From assembly GCA_965214835.1 (NCBI GenBank), contig CBDCCK010000002.1:1088001-1152000 (forward strand): 64,000 bases of DNA. The letters run 5' to 3'. The DNA is from Nitrosopumilaceae archaeon. GTDB taxonomy: Archaea; Thermoproteota; Nitrososphaeria; Nitrososphaerales; Nitrosopumilaceae. Each line of letters begins with the position of its first letter. The first letter of the stretch is position 1. The notes below the pieces were generated by a model. It was not told the DNA's origin and did not search any database. It was given only the letters and a program-made list of their open reading frames with translations. The position numbers were made by a program, and so were the translations under genes. Positions 1 through 9,465 of the stretch are shown here, piece after piece.

Positions 1-150
1 ACTGAACTGTACAAAAACATGACGCCTCCCCCCGGAGCAGAACAGGGTTCCGGTGAGCAGGCCGGCCAACAGGCCAATCAGCAGGCCGGCCAGGAGGGCG
101 CTCAGCAGTCAGAATCCCAGTCTGATGATTCTACCAACAAAGCAAATTAA
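1..150 (+). CDS. dnaK: C-terminal tail of Hsp70 chaperone DnaK (partial, runs off window)
   Basis: Frame 1 reads TELYKNMTPPPGAEQGSGEQAGQQ...KAN*: a low-complexity Q/G tail after an ELY motif, directly upstream of dnaJ. Confidence 0.75.
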   Translation, partial: TELYKNMTPPPGAEQGSGEQAGQQANQQAGQEGAQQSESQSDDSTNKAN

Positions 151-175
151 GGATAGCCCCCGCCTTTAAGCAGAA

Positions 176-1261
176 ATGAGCTCCAAACGCGATTACTACG
201 AGGTCTTGGGGGTTGACAAGTCCGCATCTGTGGGCAACATCAAGGCGCAGTACAGGAAGCTGGCGCTAAAGTTTCACCCGGACAGAAACAAGTCCAAGGA
301 GGCAGCTGAGCACTTTAAGGAGATCTCCGAGGCCTATGCCGTCCTGTCCGACCAGCAAAAGCGCCAGACCTATGATCAGTATGGACACCAGGGCATAGAC
401 GGTCAGTACAGCCAGCAGGATATCTTCCGGGGCGCGAACTTTAACTTTAACGACCTGTTCGGAGGTTCAGGCGGGGGATTTGACTCTATTTTTGAAAACC
501 TGTTTGGCGGGGAGAGGGGGTTTGGCGGCTATGGCAGGCAGCGCGGTTCTGACCTGCTTTATGAGACCCAGATCACCCTAGAGGAGGTCCTGCACGGAAA
601 AAAACTGGAAATCGACATGAAAAAGGAGATTCCGTGCGAGACCTGCAGCGGCAAAGGCTGCAAGCCTGGAACCTCCAAGACCAGATGCACGTCATGCAAC
701 GGGCAGGGACAGGTCAGGCAACAGCGCAGAATGGGGTTTGCATCATTTGTTACGGTTGTACCGTGCAACTCGTGCCGCGGGCAGGGGATGATGATCACTG
801 ATCCCTGCGCCTCCTGCAAGGGAAGGGGCAAGACCAGGGGAAACAAGCACCTTGGCTTTGAAATTCCCCCCGGCACCCAGACCGGTGACTACACCATTCC
901 CGGCGAGGGCGAGTATGTGCCTGATGGCGTGAGCGGGGATCTTGTGGTCAGGGTCAGGGTGCTGCCTCATTCGAAGTTCAGGCATGACGGTGTTGACCTG
1001 TTCTATGATCAGGACATAACAATCGTTGATGCTGCACTGGGGATAGAGGCGCTTGTCCCCACACTGGACGGAAGCGAGAAGATCAGGGTCGAGGAGGGAA
1101 CCCAGCCCAACTCCATCAGGAAGCTAAAAGGCAAGGGGCTGCCCTATCCGAATTCCGGCAGAAGGGGGGATCTTTTTGTCAGATTTGTCGTGCATGTGCC
1201 TGAAAAACTAGGCAAGGATCAAAAGAAGATTTTACGGGAATTTGAGCAGACACTTGGCTGA
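176..1261 (+). CDS. dnaJ: Chaperone DnaJ
   Basis: J domain with HPD, G/F region, four CxxCxGxG repeats. Confidence 0.98.
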   Translation: MSSKRDYYEVLGVDKSASVGNIKAQYRKLALKFHPDRNKSKEAAEHFKEISEAYAVLSDQQKRQTYDQYGHQGIDGQYSQQDIFRGANFNFNDLFGGSGGGFDSIFENLFGGERGFGGYGRQRGSDLLYETQITLEEVLHGKKLEIDMKKEIPCETCSGKGCKPGTSKTRCTSCNGQGQVRQQRRMGFASFVTVVPCNSCRGQGMMITDPCASCKGRGKTRGNKHLGFEIPPGTQTGDYTIPGEGEYVPDGVSGDLVVRVRVLPHSKFRHDGVDLFYDQDITIVDAALGIEALVPTLDGSEKIRVEEGTQPNSIRKLKGKGLPYPNSGRRGDLFVRFVVHVPEKLGKDQKKILREFEQTLG

Positions 1262-1267
1262 TTTTCC

Positions 1268-1813
1268 ATGAAGATTGCCCTTGATGTTGATGGCGTGCTA
1301 GCAGACGTCATACTCTCCTGGATCAAGCAGAGCAACCGGCACCGCGACCGGCTGACCAAGGAGCAGATCACCAGCTGGGATTTTTGGAGGAGCCACAACA
1401 TCAACAGGTATGATTTTTACAAGGAGCTGTCAGACTGCTGGAAAAGCTGGAAGACCGTTCCGCCAACGGAAAAAAGCCTGTCAAGGAGCACAAAAAGGCT
1501 GTCGGAGTTTGGCCAGGTTGATATTGTCACTGCCCGGGAAAAGTCTACCGATGAGTTTGTCAGACAGTGGCTGAGTCTTCACGACATCTCATACGACAGC
1601 TATGTCTCCGTTGTAGACGGCACACTCAAGGCCGGTCTTGACTATGACGTATTCATCGATGACTCGCCACTCAACGCAACTGCGCTCGCTGAAAAAAACA
1701 GGACTGTGCTGCTATATGAGCAGCCCTGGAATGCGGATTTTCACAACCCAAAGTCGGTTCGTATCTCCTCATTAAGCGACGCCATAGAAAGGATCAGCCG
1801 GATTTCTTCATGA
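1268..1813 (+). CDS. HAD-superfamily 5'(3')-deoxyribonucleotidase-like protein
   Basis: DVDGVLAD motif I, VTAR, FIDDSP. Confidence 0.85.
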   Translation: MKIALDVDGVLADVILSWIKQSNRHRDRLTKEQITSWDFWRSHNINRYDFYKELSDCWKSWKTVPPTEKSLSRSTKRLSEFGQVDIVTAREKSTDEFVRQWLSLHDISYDSYVSVVDGTLKAGLDYDVFIDDSPLNATALAEKNRTVLLYEQPWNADFHNPKSVRISSLSDAIERISRISS

Positions 1814-2127
1814 GTCGTATCTCCACCTGGTGTCCCTCTCTTACGTGCCCTGCATGGCTTGATTTTAGGAACTCCCCGATCTTATCCTCGGTATAAAACC
1901 TCCTGTTATAGCGCCCAATCACCTTTTTGCAGTTTCTGCAGTAAATCTCGCTGTATTCCAACAAGGCCGGCTATGCTGATGGTGTATTTGTACTGATCAA
2001 TAGAGAAACCGTAAGGCCTACTCTCATCGCAGAAGATAGGCAAGCTTGAGGCCCGGATTGACGACGTGTTCAGGGAGAGCCAGGAGCTCAAGACCCCTAG
2101 CTGGGCAGGGTTAACCGTAAACCCAAG

Positions 2128-2268
2128 ATGACAAAAAGGGCAAGCATACCACTGACCCTCAAGGAATGGGACGCGCCGGATGCGGCTGCACACAAGGCCA
2201 AGATGCAAGTCCGCCCTGCTGCGCTCGGTTCTGGCAGGCTCCAAGGTGATTCCGGCGTTAGCCGCTAA
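2128..2268 (+). pseudogene. Frameshifted ribbon-helix-helix (CopG-like) regulator remnant
   Basis: MTKRASIPLTLKEWDAPDAAAHKAKM, then KSALLRSVLAG in a shifted frame: strand-helix-helix pattern. Confidence 0.45.
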
Positions 2269-2321
2269 CGGTTACCGCCCGATCCTTACTTTTTTATAGG
2301 AATATCTCCAATAGATTATAA

Positions 2322-2416
2322 CGTTGGCGACGGGAATTGAACCCGCATGAACGGCCCGGCTAGGGGCCACTCGCCGAGGCTTCAGCTCGGTGGGCTTGCC
2401 AATGCCCAACACCAAC
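2322..2416 (-). tRNA. Atypical tRNA: GAA (Phe) anticodon, long variable arm, G73
   Basis: Minus strand folds as GTTGGTG/CGCCAAC acceptor, GGGC/GCCC D stem, CCGAG-CTGAAGC-CTCGG anticodon arm, 9-bp variable stem, GCGGG-TTCAATT-CCCGT T arm. Confidence 0.85.
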
Positions 2417-2451
2417 GTTATTTTCTGCCTTGGTATATTTAGATTAAAAAA

Positions 2452-2678
2452 TTAGGATTTCCTGACAGGCTTGATGATATGAATCCGGCACGCCTTTAGC
2501 GGATCACTGTCATCGGTTCTCTGCACCATGAGCAGCTTTGGCGTCTCAAAATCCTCGGTACACTTGGGGCAGGCGTACGTCAGAACCCGGAACTCGTTTG
2601 GATTCTTAGCGTGCTCAGCTGCGGATAATACACCAGCTGGGAGCCGCAGTTGATGCAGAAGCACTTGACTGTGGCCAT
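2452..2678 (-). pseudogene. Frameshifted small Zn-ribbon protein (CxxC...CxxC)
   Basis: MATVKCFCINCGSQLVYYPQLS continues after a frameshift as AKNPNEFRVLTYACPKCTEDF; a second Cys-rich ORF end (ITCTVCKCKFVEEA*) overlaps its start. Confidence 0.5.
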
Positions 2679-2858
2679 CAGGCCTCCTCCACGAACTTGC
2701 ACTTGCAGACGGTACACGTTATGATCTGGCCGGGCTCGACCCGGGCTGTCTGCTCAATTACAGCAAGGCGTGACTATCAATCGTCTTATTATAGCAGCGA
2801 GCAGAAGTCTTTGAGTCAAAACAGGGTTCATTCGAAAAGTACAATGATCACGTAACCG

Positions 2859-3173
2859 GTGCAGTGGGCATGGCAAAAGAAACGGACGGCCTACGGGATC
2901 CTCCCCGTTCCGGATGCAGGCGAGGCGCACGGAAAAAGGATTGCCGCCATAATGAACCTATCCATTGAACGCAACAGTACCGACGTCATGACGGTGCGTG
3001 ATGGCACAAGGGATGCCACCGGGACAGAATACAACACAGGACATGTCCAAGGACTGATGCGCCGGCACGGCCTGTCGCACCGCAGGGTGCAAAATGTACA
3101 TGTCAGCCATGCCGCCCCAACCCGGCGGGATGGTGTACAGAAGGATCAGCGAGCTGCGGCATGCCATGTCTGA
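2859..3173 (+). pseudogene. IS630-family transposase N-terminal (winged HTH) remnant
   Basis: YNTGHVQGLMRRHGLSHRRVQNVH resembles the IS630 HTH segment; no DDE domain follows. Confidence 0.55.
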
Positions 3174-3388
3174 GTATTACAGGACGGCGTTGTTTGCCCG
3201 CCTTTACATGTACAAGTACATTTGCAGATCGCCGGTCAAAGCCCTCAATTACTTGTGACCGTTGTCATATTCAAGGAGGATTTGACGGATTATCTCAGGG
3301 AGCCCAAACCCCCCGATGTCAGGTTCGGGGTACTTTTCACTTAGCTGATCACACAAGAAACTTATTCTAGAGCCTTGATCTGAAGGGT

Positions 3389-3473
3389 GCGGGAGTCGCC
3401 AAGCCTGGTCAAAGGCGTAAGGTTCAGGTCCTTATCTCCTAGGGGTTCGTGGGTTCGAATCCCACCTCCCGCA
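3389..3473 (+). tRNA. tRNA-Leu(CAG)
   Basis: GCGGGAG/CTCCCGC acceptor, TAAGG-TTCAGGT-CCTTA anticodon arm, long variable arm, GTTCGAATC T loop, A73. Confidence 0.97.
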
Positions 3474-3591
3474 CTATAATCAAGATCCCCCGCCTGAGCT
3501 AGTCGGCACGTGGAAGGGCAGAGTCTTCAACCTTGTTGCTGGGCGTGAGCCTGACGGTTGTGCCAGCGCCGCAAGGCTGGACTTGCAGATC

Positions 3592-3712
3592 GTAGTAGGA
3601 CGGCCCTGGGCAGAATTGAAGTCACGACCCCTAGGGCCGGACAGGCATGAAAATCACGACTGCAGGCAAATGTGCGCCTGATTGCTGCCTCGGCAGGGGC
3701 CAATCCTGTTAC
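3592..3712. mobile_element. IS66-type MITE family A, degenerate copy
   Basis: Similar to 40650-40767 and to both ends of IS66 24179-25766; ends GGCAGGGGCCAATCCTGTTAC; imperfect 8-bp flanks TGCAGATC/GGTAGATC. Confidence 0.75.
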
Positions 3713-3783
3713 GGTAGATCCCGCCCCTGCCGCTTCTCCGTTTTTATAAACAACTTTAAAAACTATATCCCCCCACACTTTGC

Positions 3784-4035
3784 ATGGGATTTATCGGTGG
3801 CAGGGGAACATCACGAAGGCCTGTCAAAGAACTAAAAAAAACTCCAGTTTCTGGCGACGCATACAAAGAGTATCAAAAGAAGATCAAGGAGGCAGCCAAG
3901 GACACCTATATTTCCGTTGGTCGCGGTACCAAGAAAATCAAGTTCGGTGATCTAAAGGAGGGCTCGGGAACGTCTTCTGCAAAGGGAAGATATGTCTCAA
4001 TGGGCCGCGGAACCGGAAGAAGAAAAGTAGAATAA
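3784..4035 (+). CDS. Small basic hypothetical protein with three GRGT repeats
   Basis: 83 aa, K/R-rich, TATA-like TTTATAAA upstream. Confidence 0.75.
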   Translation: MGFIGGRGTSRRPVKELKKTPVSGDAYKEYQKKIKEAAKDTYISVGRGTKKIKFGDLKEGSGTSSAKGRYVSMGRGTGRRKVE

Positions 4036-4058
4036 ATTTCCGCCTTTCCTAATTTTTA

Positions 4059-5954
4059 TTATGACAACTTTTGTATTTTTTCCTGCAGTTTTCTGCTGAT
4101 CTTCTCTCCGGAGGTCTTGCCCCTGAGAGTCTTCATTGCGATTCCCATCAGGGGTCCCAGGGCTCGCTCCCCCTGCTTTTCAACAATTGACCTGTTCTCA
4201 TCTATGATCTGCTCTAGTGTGGAGTCTAGTTTTTCATCCGACAGGGACATATCGGAGGCCTCCCGTATGACCTGATCTGAGTCCCTGCCTGACATTATCC
4301 CCTCCAAAATCATCTCAACTGACTCTTTTGAAATCTTTTCACCATCAAGCAGTTCAAAAACCCGGATCATGGCCTTCCCTGACAGCCTTGTTTTGTCTAA
4401 TCCGCTGCGCTCCAAATTTGTAACCGTGGAGCACAGAGTGGATGCCACAAAGTTTGGCGAGCTTTTTGACGCCCCGCATATTTTTTCAAATATCCCCATA
4501 TACTCAGAATCAAAGATTTGCTCGGTCAGCTGGGCGTTTAGCTGATACCTATCTTGGATCTCTTTTATTGTTTGATCCCAAGATTTTGGAATGTTTCTAC
4601 GAGCATTCAAAAGATCCTGCTCAGAAATTATGACCGGCGGAATGTCGGTCTCTGGGTACATTCTAGCTGCACCCGGCCTTGGCCTTAGGAACTTTGTTTC
4701 CCCTGCCGGCGTTGCCAGTCTGGTATCTGCCGGAATTGCATGCTCCCTGATATGCTCAACTCTTTGTATGATCTGATCAATGATTGTGTGCATCCTCTCT
4801 GCTGGGGCAGCAAGAATCAAAAACGCGTCGTTTTCCGAAGCCTTTGTATTTTTTCTTATGTCTTCTACGTCTGCCTCCTCTACTCCGTAGTTTGGCAGCT
4901 CATCTGAATGAAACACCCCGCCTATTCCAAAAAATCTCACCATCTCTGCAACCTCCCTTCCCAGCCTGATTCCCTCATGAGGCATAAACCCGAACACGCC
5001 CCCTAAATTTTTAAAGACAATCCCAAAAATCCTGTGTCTCTTCCTGATTGCGTCCTGTACAATCCTTGATCTGCAGCTCCCCATTGCGCCTGTGATTTCA
5101 ATGCGATCCTCGCTGCTGTGGAGCCAGCCCCTGCCCCGGATCTCCTCTGAGATTTTCAATAGTCCGTGCTGCCGCCTTGCCTCATACTCGACGACCTTTT
5201 CCAGCTGATCTAGCTGCTGCACCCCCTTTACCTCTATGACCGCCCCGCCCATTATTGAAACGTTGATGTCCTGGCGAATCGAGCCCAGGCCTCTTTTGAC
5301 CCTCCTCGTGCTTCTTAGAATCCTGCCTAGTGCAAGTGCAATGTCCTTGATCTGCCCGGGTTCTGCCTCAAATGGCTCGGTGGCGATCTCTACTAGCGGA
5401 ACGCCGAGCCTTTCTAGTCCATATTTCCTCGCCGAGCCCTCGTCCCCGAGAATCTTTGCGGCATCCTCCTCTAGACAAATGGACTGGATTCCGATTTTTT
5501 TATCGCCTACCTCGTAATGGCCCCCCTGGGATACCAGCATGGTCCTTTGAAATCCTGTCGTATTGGAGCCGTCAATAACCGTTTTTCTCATTGGGAAGAT
5601 CTCCCTGAATATTCTTGATCCTAGTGCAGACGCTATGATCAGAGCCGTCTCCTTTGCATCTGCATCCAGCTCGTGTGGCGGCTCCTCGTCCTGCTCTACC
5701 AGGCAGCTGCTTTGGGGGTTTGCAAAGTACAGGATTGTCTTTGATTTCGCGCTCTCAAACAATGCGGCGGGATCAAGCTCCCCCAGCTCGCTTTTTGAGG
5801 CGCGCAGCCTTCTTTGAAACTTTATAGAGTACTCGTCTGACTCTATGGGCTGGCAGTTGCAAAATAACTTCTTGTTGGTGGCCAGCTGCTGGTGTATCTC
5901 AAGTCCGACCTTGACGCCAGCGTCTTTTATTGAGAATTTTTCCATGATGCCCAT
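4059..5954 (-). CDS. gatE: Glu-tRNA(Gln) amidotransferase subunit E
   Basis: KVGLEIHQQL, DGSNTTGFQRT, RMYPETDIP motifs. Confidence 0.97.
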   Translation of the reverse strand: MGIMEKFSIKDAGVKVGLEIHQQLATNKKLFCNCQPIESDEYSIKFQRRLRASKSELGELDPAALFESAKSKTILYFANPQSSCLVEQDEEPPHELDADAKETALIIASALGSRIFREIFPMRKTVIDGSNTTGFQRTMLVSQGGHYEVGDKKIGIQSICLEEDAAKILGDEGSARKYGLERLGVPLVEIATEPFEAEPGQIKDIALALGRILRSTRRVKRGLGSIRQDINVSIMGGAVIEVKGVQQLDQLEKVVEYEARRQHGLLKISEEIRGRGWLHSSEDRIEITGAMGSCRSRIVQDAIRKRHRIFGIVFKNLGGVFGFMPHEGIRLGREVAEMVRFFGIGGVFHSDELPNYGVEEADVEDIRKNTKASENDAFLILAAPAERMHTIIDQIIQRVEHIREHAIPADTRLATPAGETKFLRPRPGAARMYPETDIPPVIISEQDLLNARRNIPKSWDQTIKEIQDRYQLNAQLTEQIFDSEYMGIFEKICGASKSSPNFVASTLCSTVTNLERSGLDKTRLSGKAMIRVFELLDGEKISKESVEMILEGIMSGRDSDQVIREASDMSLSDEKLDSTLEQIIDENRSIVEKQGERALGPLMGIAMKTLRGKTSGEKISRKLQEKIQKLS

Positions 5955-5955
5955 C

Positions 5956-7248
5956 CTATTCTGAAAATTCCGATGCTACCTTGTCTAGCATGATGCCCCT
6001 GATCCCGTCCCGGTCTTCTGAAACGCCTGCTGCCCACATTGCCTTGACTAGGGCAGTCTCTGGAATCATGTCCTCCAGCGGGACTATTCCCAAGCTGAGC
6101 AGGTCCCTGCCACTCTCATATACCGTCATCCTTACCCTTCCGTCAATGCACTGTGAGGTCATTCCCATGAAGATTCCCCTCTCCCCCATCCTCTTGATCA
6201 CGGGATACGTCCTTTTACCTATGTGCCCTAGCCCCGTTCCCTCGAAGATTACTGCCTTGTAACCTGACTCGGCAATCCCCTCCAAGATATCCGGGCTGAG
6301 TCCCGGGTAATATTTTACGAGCGCCACCCTTTCATCAAGTTTTATCCTTGGCCTGAACTCATTGCTGGCGAAGAATCGGCCCTTCAGGTTTCCATGCAGG
6401 GCCTCGTTTACGATCAAAAATGCGGGATCGTCCCCAATCGTTTGAAATGCCCCCCTCTTGCTTGTGTGGTTCTTTCTCACTCGTGTACCTATGTGGCATG
6501 CCACAGTATCGTCATTCCCATCCTGGTGCATCACGACATACACCCCGTTTGTCTTGCAGCCTGTCAGAAATCTTGCAGCTGCAATCAGGTTCAGTGCCGC
6601 ATCTGATGATGCCCTATCCGAGGATCTCTGTGATCCCACCAGGGCAATCGGAATCGGAAACCCTGCTAGTGCAAACGAAAGAAACGACGAGGTATAGTGC
6701 ATCGTGTCCGTCCCGTGTGCAATTATAACCCCCGCATATTTTTCCGGATCAGCGGTATCTTGGATGGCCTTTGCAATTTTCAGCCAGTGCTCTGGAACTA
6801 TGTTCTCTGAGTACTCTGAGAATAGTACCCCTGCATCAATGTTTGCTATTTTTGATAATTCCGGAATTGAATCATTTAGTTCCTGTGCCGTCAGTGTAGG
6901 GGTTACCGCACCCGTCCTGTAGTCTATCTTGCTTGCAATGGTGCCTCCTGTGGATAGCAGAAGGATGTCTGGCAGTTCCGGATTGCCCTTTGATTCCGGA
7001 TTGCCCTTTGATTTGCTCCTGCCTGTCGTAATTTTTTGAATATCGCTTATCTTCTCCAGCTCTATTCCTACGTTGTACCCGCTTTTCAGCTTGATAACTA
7101 TGTGCCTGTCGTCTGCATGCTCGTACCTTGGCATGATTATTCCCGCATATGTCAAGCCTGCAGAAATTTTTACGGAATCCCCCACCACGATCTGCCGTTT
7201 TTTGAGAAACTCAAGGGACTCTCCTGCATAGCCTCCAAATCCTGACAT
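5956..7248 (-). CDS. gatD: Glu-tRNA(Gln) amidotransferase subunit D
   Basis: STGGTIAS, HGTDTMHY, SQRSSDR asparaginase-like motifs; adjacent to gatE. Confidence 0.97.
   Translation of the reverse strand: MSGFGGYAGESLEFLKKRQIVVGDSVKISAGLTYAGIIMPRYEHADDRHIVIKLKSGYNVGIELEKISDIQKITTGRSKSKGNPESKGNPELPDILLLSTGGTIASKIDYRTGAVTPTLTAQELNDSIPELSKIANIDAGVLFSEYSENIVPEHWLKIAKAIQDTADPEKYAGVIIAHGTDTMHYTSSFLSFALAGFPIPIALVGSQRSSDRASSDAALNLIAAARFLTGCKTNGVYVVMHQDGNDDTVACHIGTRVRKNHTSKRGAFQTIGDDPAFLIVNEALHGNLKGRFFASNEFRPRIKLDERVALVKYYPGLSPDILEGIAESGYKAVIFEGTGLGHIGKRTYPVIKRMGERGIFMGMTSQCIDGRVRMTVYESGRDLLSLGIVPLEDMIPETALVKAMWAAGVSEDRDGIRGIMLDKVASEFSE
6976..7011. repeat. 18-bp perfect tandem duplication in the gatD linker (SKGNPE x2)
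   Basis: TTCCGGATTGCCCTTTGA repeated twice, in frame. Confidence 0.9.
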
Positions 7249-7351
7249 TCTGTGGTTTACTGCAGCCTATTTTATAAAAACTACCTGTGGCATCTCACGT
7301 GGGCATCCCCGGCAAGGGCCCTCTCTTTTGGCAGGCAGGTTATTTTTTCAT

Positions 7352-8597
7352 CAGTAGTTCCGATTGTGACCCCGGCCTGCCCTAGCCCGGATCGGGGGGC
7401 TTTTTGTTCCATGGTCTCATACACCATCTTATAATCCGGGCAAGCAGTACCTTGAGCTTGATCTTCTTTTTTTTGCACCATGATCTTGCGATCATCCAGA
7501 TGTTAGACATTCCAAGCGACAGGTAGAACAGTATGAGTCTTATGGCATCGTTCCGACTGCAGGTGCGCGGCATGGCCCTCTTGACGTCCCGGTATCCGGT
7601 CTCTATTCCCCACCTCTTGCGGTACTCCTCGGGAAGCTCAAACAAATCCTCCGGCGTGCAGTTGGTCATGTTGGTGACAAAGGCGATGTGGAACTTTTTC
7701 TTGTTTTTATCCTCCCTTTCCAGTATTATCAGGTTGCATCTTATCTTGCTGCTGCCAGAGGATATGGTATACTTGCTGACTGCATCCCTGTGCCCGTCTA
7801 TGTGCTCCTGTATGGCCCTCTCAACTCCCTTGGTGCATACTGCAGGAGTCATGAACCGCAATCCTGCATTATTTATCGTGTTGAGTACGTCAACTGAGTA
7901 AAACTCCTTGTCCATCAGGACCATCTGCGGCCTGATGTGCATTCTCTTGATGGTTTGCAGCAATTTACGCACGAATTCGGGGTTAAACGCGTCCCTGGTC
8001 ACCGGAAGGCACGCAAGGTGCGTCTGGTGCTTTTGTCCTACTGTTCTTGCAGTGATGTATGCCTCAGCCGTGCGGGTGCCCGGCCCCCTGTACTTTATCT
8101 TGTGGGTCATGTCCGGATTGTGGTCGTACCGCGGGATCTTGGTCTTGTCGATGGCTATGATCGGGGATTTTCCAATCAGGCCACCCTTGATGGAGTCTGT
8201 GACGGTCCTGCGCAGGATCTTGTCGGCCCTCTTGTGCATCGTCTCATAGTCCACCTGGCCCAGCTTGCCAAGCAGCCAGTCGGCGCCGGGGCTGCGGCCT
8301 GCAGAGTCCCGGAGTATCTCTGCGGCCTGTTCTGCGCACATGCGCTCCTTGGACATCGTTGCCAGAAGCGCAGCTGCATCCGTTTCATCGTATATTGCGT
8401 TGTGTCTGTCAGAGAACTTCATGCCTACTGCCGAGACGGCGTTCTGGAACATCTTGCGCTCCCTGTGTCCGTACGGCTTTTGAGCGGCCCTGGCACTTTT
8501 TGTCATGCAGGAATTGCTAAAAGTTCCCCCTATAGATCCAAGTGATCATAAAAATCTGTCAATTTGCCTTATTTTCAGGCCACAATCGGAACTACTG
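7352..8597 (-). mobile_element. Complete ISH3-family insertion sequence
   Basis: 17-bp perfect terminal inverted repeat (TIR) CAGTAGTTCCGATTGTG; 5-bp TSD TTCAT (7347-7351, 8598-8602). Confidence 0.92.
7382..8506 (-). CDS. ISH3-family DDE transposase (intact ORF)
   Basis: IAIDKT, LMDKEFY, YRKRWGIETGYR motifs. Confidence 0.9.
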   Translation of the reverse strand: MTKSARAAQKPYGHRERKMFQNAVSAVGMKFSDRHNAIYDETDAAALLATMSKERMCAEQAAEILRDSAGRSPGADWLLGKLGQVDYETMHKRADKILRRTVTDSIKGGLIGKSPIIAIDKTKIPRYDHNPDMTHKIKYRGPGTRTAEAYITARTVGQKHQTHLACLPVTRDAFNPEFVRKLLQTIKRMHIRPQMVLMDKEFYSVDVLNTINNAGLRFMTPAVCTKGVERAIQEHIDGHRDAVSKYTISSGSSKIRCNLIILEREDKNKKKFHIAFVTNMTNCTPEDLFELPEEYRKRWGIETGYRDVKRAMPRTCSRNDAIRLILFYLSLGMSNIWMIARSWCKKKKIKLKVLLARIIRWCMRPWNKKPPDPG

Positions 8598-9465
8598 TTC
8601 ATAACCTCTGGTATTTTTTTTAAAACCACCGTTGAAACGTCTTTGAAGGGAGGGGGAGCCTGTGGCAGCACGGACCTCAAATCCCCAACCCACCTTTTCT
8701 CCATTCCTAGAACACCCTCTCTAAACCTGTCAAGGCTAAATTCATGGCCATACAGACTGGTTTTGGTTTGTACTAATTCGGGATCTAGGCATACCTGCTT
8801 TCCAAGCAAGTAGTTCAAGTCGTATAGATGCCTGGGAGCTCCAGAGTAGATCACGGCCCGAACCTTCTCTGCCATTATTTCCTCTTTTGACATTGAAGGA
8901 ATGCTAAAGGCGGGGAGCTCGTCGTAATTATGTAAAACAGTTAGGTTTGCCGGCCTGACTTGCACACTCTCGCGTAAGCTTAGATCGATTCGTACGTTGT
9001 TAGGCCAGCTGTTGAACCCCCTGTATTTGACAACAAGCCTCCTGCTGTCTCCCACTGTGGTTTCAATCCTGATTCCTGTAACCGAAAAATCCAACTCGTT
9101 TTTGCCATCAAGTAGTGCTTTTACATCCTCTGAAACGTCCTCAGAGCAGGTAAAATCCACGTCTTCTGAAAATCTAAAATCACTAAAGTAGGTTTTTTTT
9201 ATTGCAGTGCCCCCTTGGACACCATTTTATCCAGTTTTGACAGCCGTGCAATAAGAGAAAGAATGTAACAGCTCGGGCTTTGGAAGTGACTTGCGATTTT
9301 AGGCACGAATTACATCTGCGGAGGCCTCTGGTGGTAAAATTCACGCCTGAACTTCCAGAGCTCGACCTGTTACGAAAGAATGCTTATTACTGCATAGTCC
9401 TTTTCCATCGTCCCGATTTGAATATTTTCCTGCCCTGCCAGCCTCCTCATTTTCTCATCATCCAC
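8598..9465 (-). pseudogene. AbiEii-type nucleotidyltransferase toxin, interrupted
   Basis: EKDYAV...KGGTAIKK.YF..FRFSEDVDF, AEKVRA, RHLYDL; split by MITE 9265-9373; last codons (MKK*, ending 7340) cut off by ISH3. Confidence 0.85.
9265..9373. mobile_element. IS66-type MITE family C, copy 1
   Basis: TIR GTAACAG(C/G)TCG(G/A)GCT.TGGAAGT; 8-bp TSD GAAAGAAT. Confidence 0.9.

Noticed and set aside
2346-2373. Variable arm of the GAA tRNA read as a BHB intron
   Set aside because: The cut registers I tried gave weak helices or abnormal mature loops, and the body still differs from archaeal tRNA-Phe; disfavoured but not excluded without software
2374-2390. Plus-strand CTTCA loop as a selenocysteine tRNA
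   Set aside because: T-loop and D-loop consensus occur only on the minus strand, and the fold is 7/5 rather than 9/4
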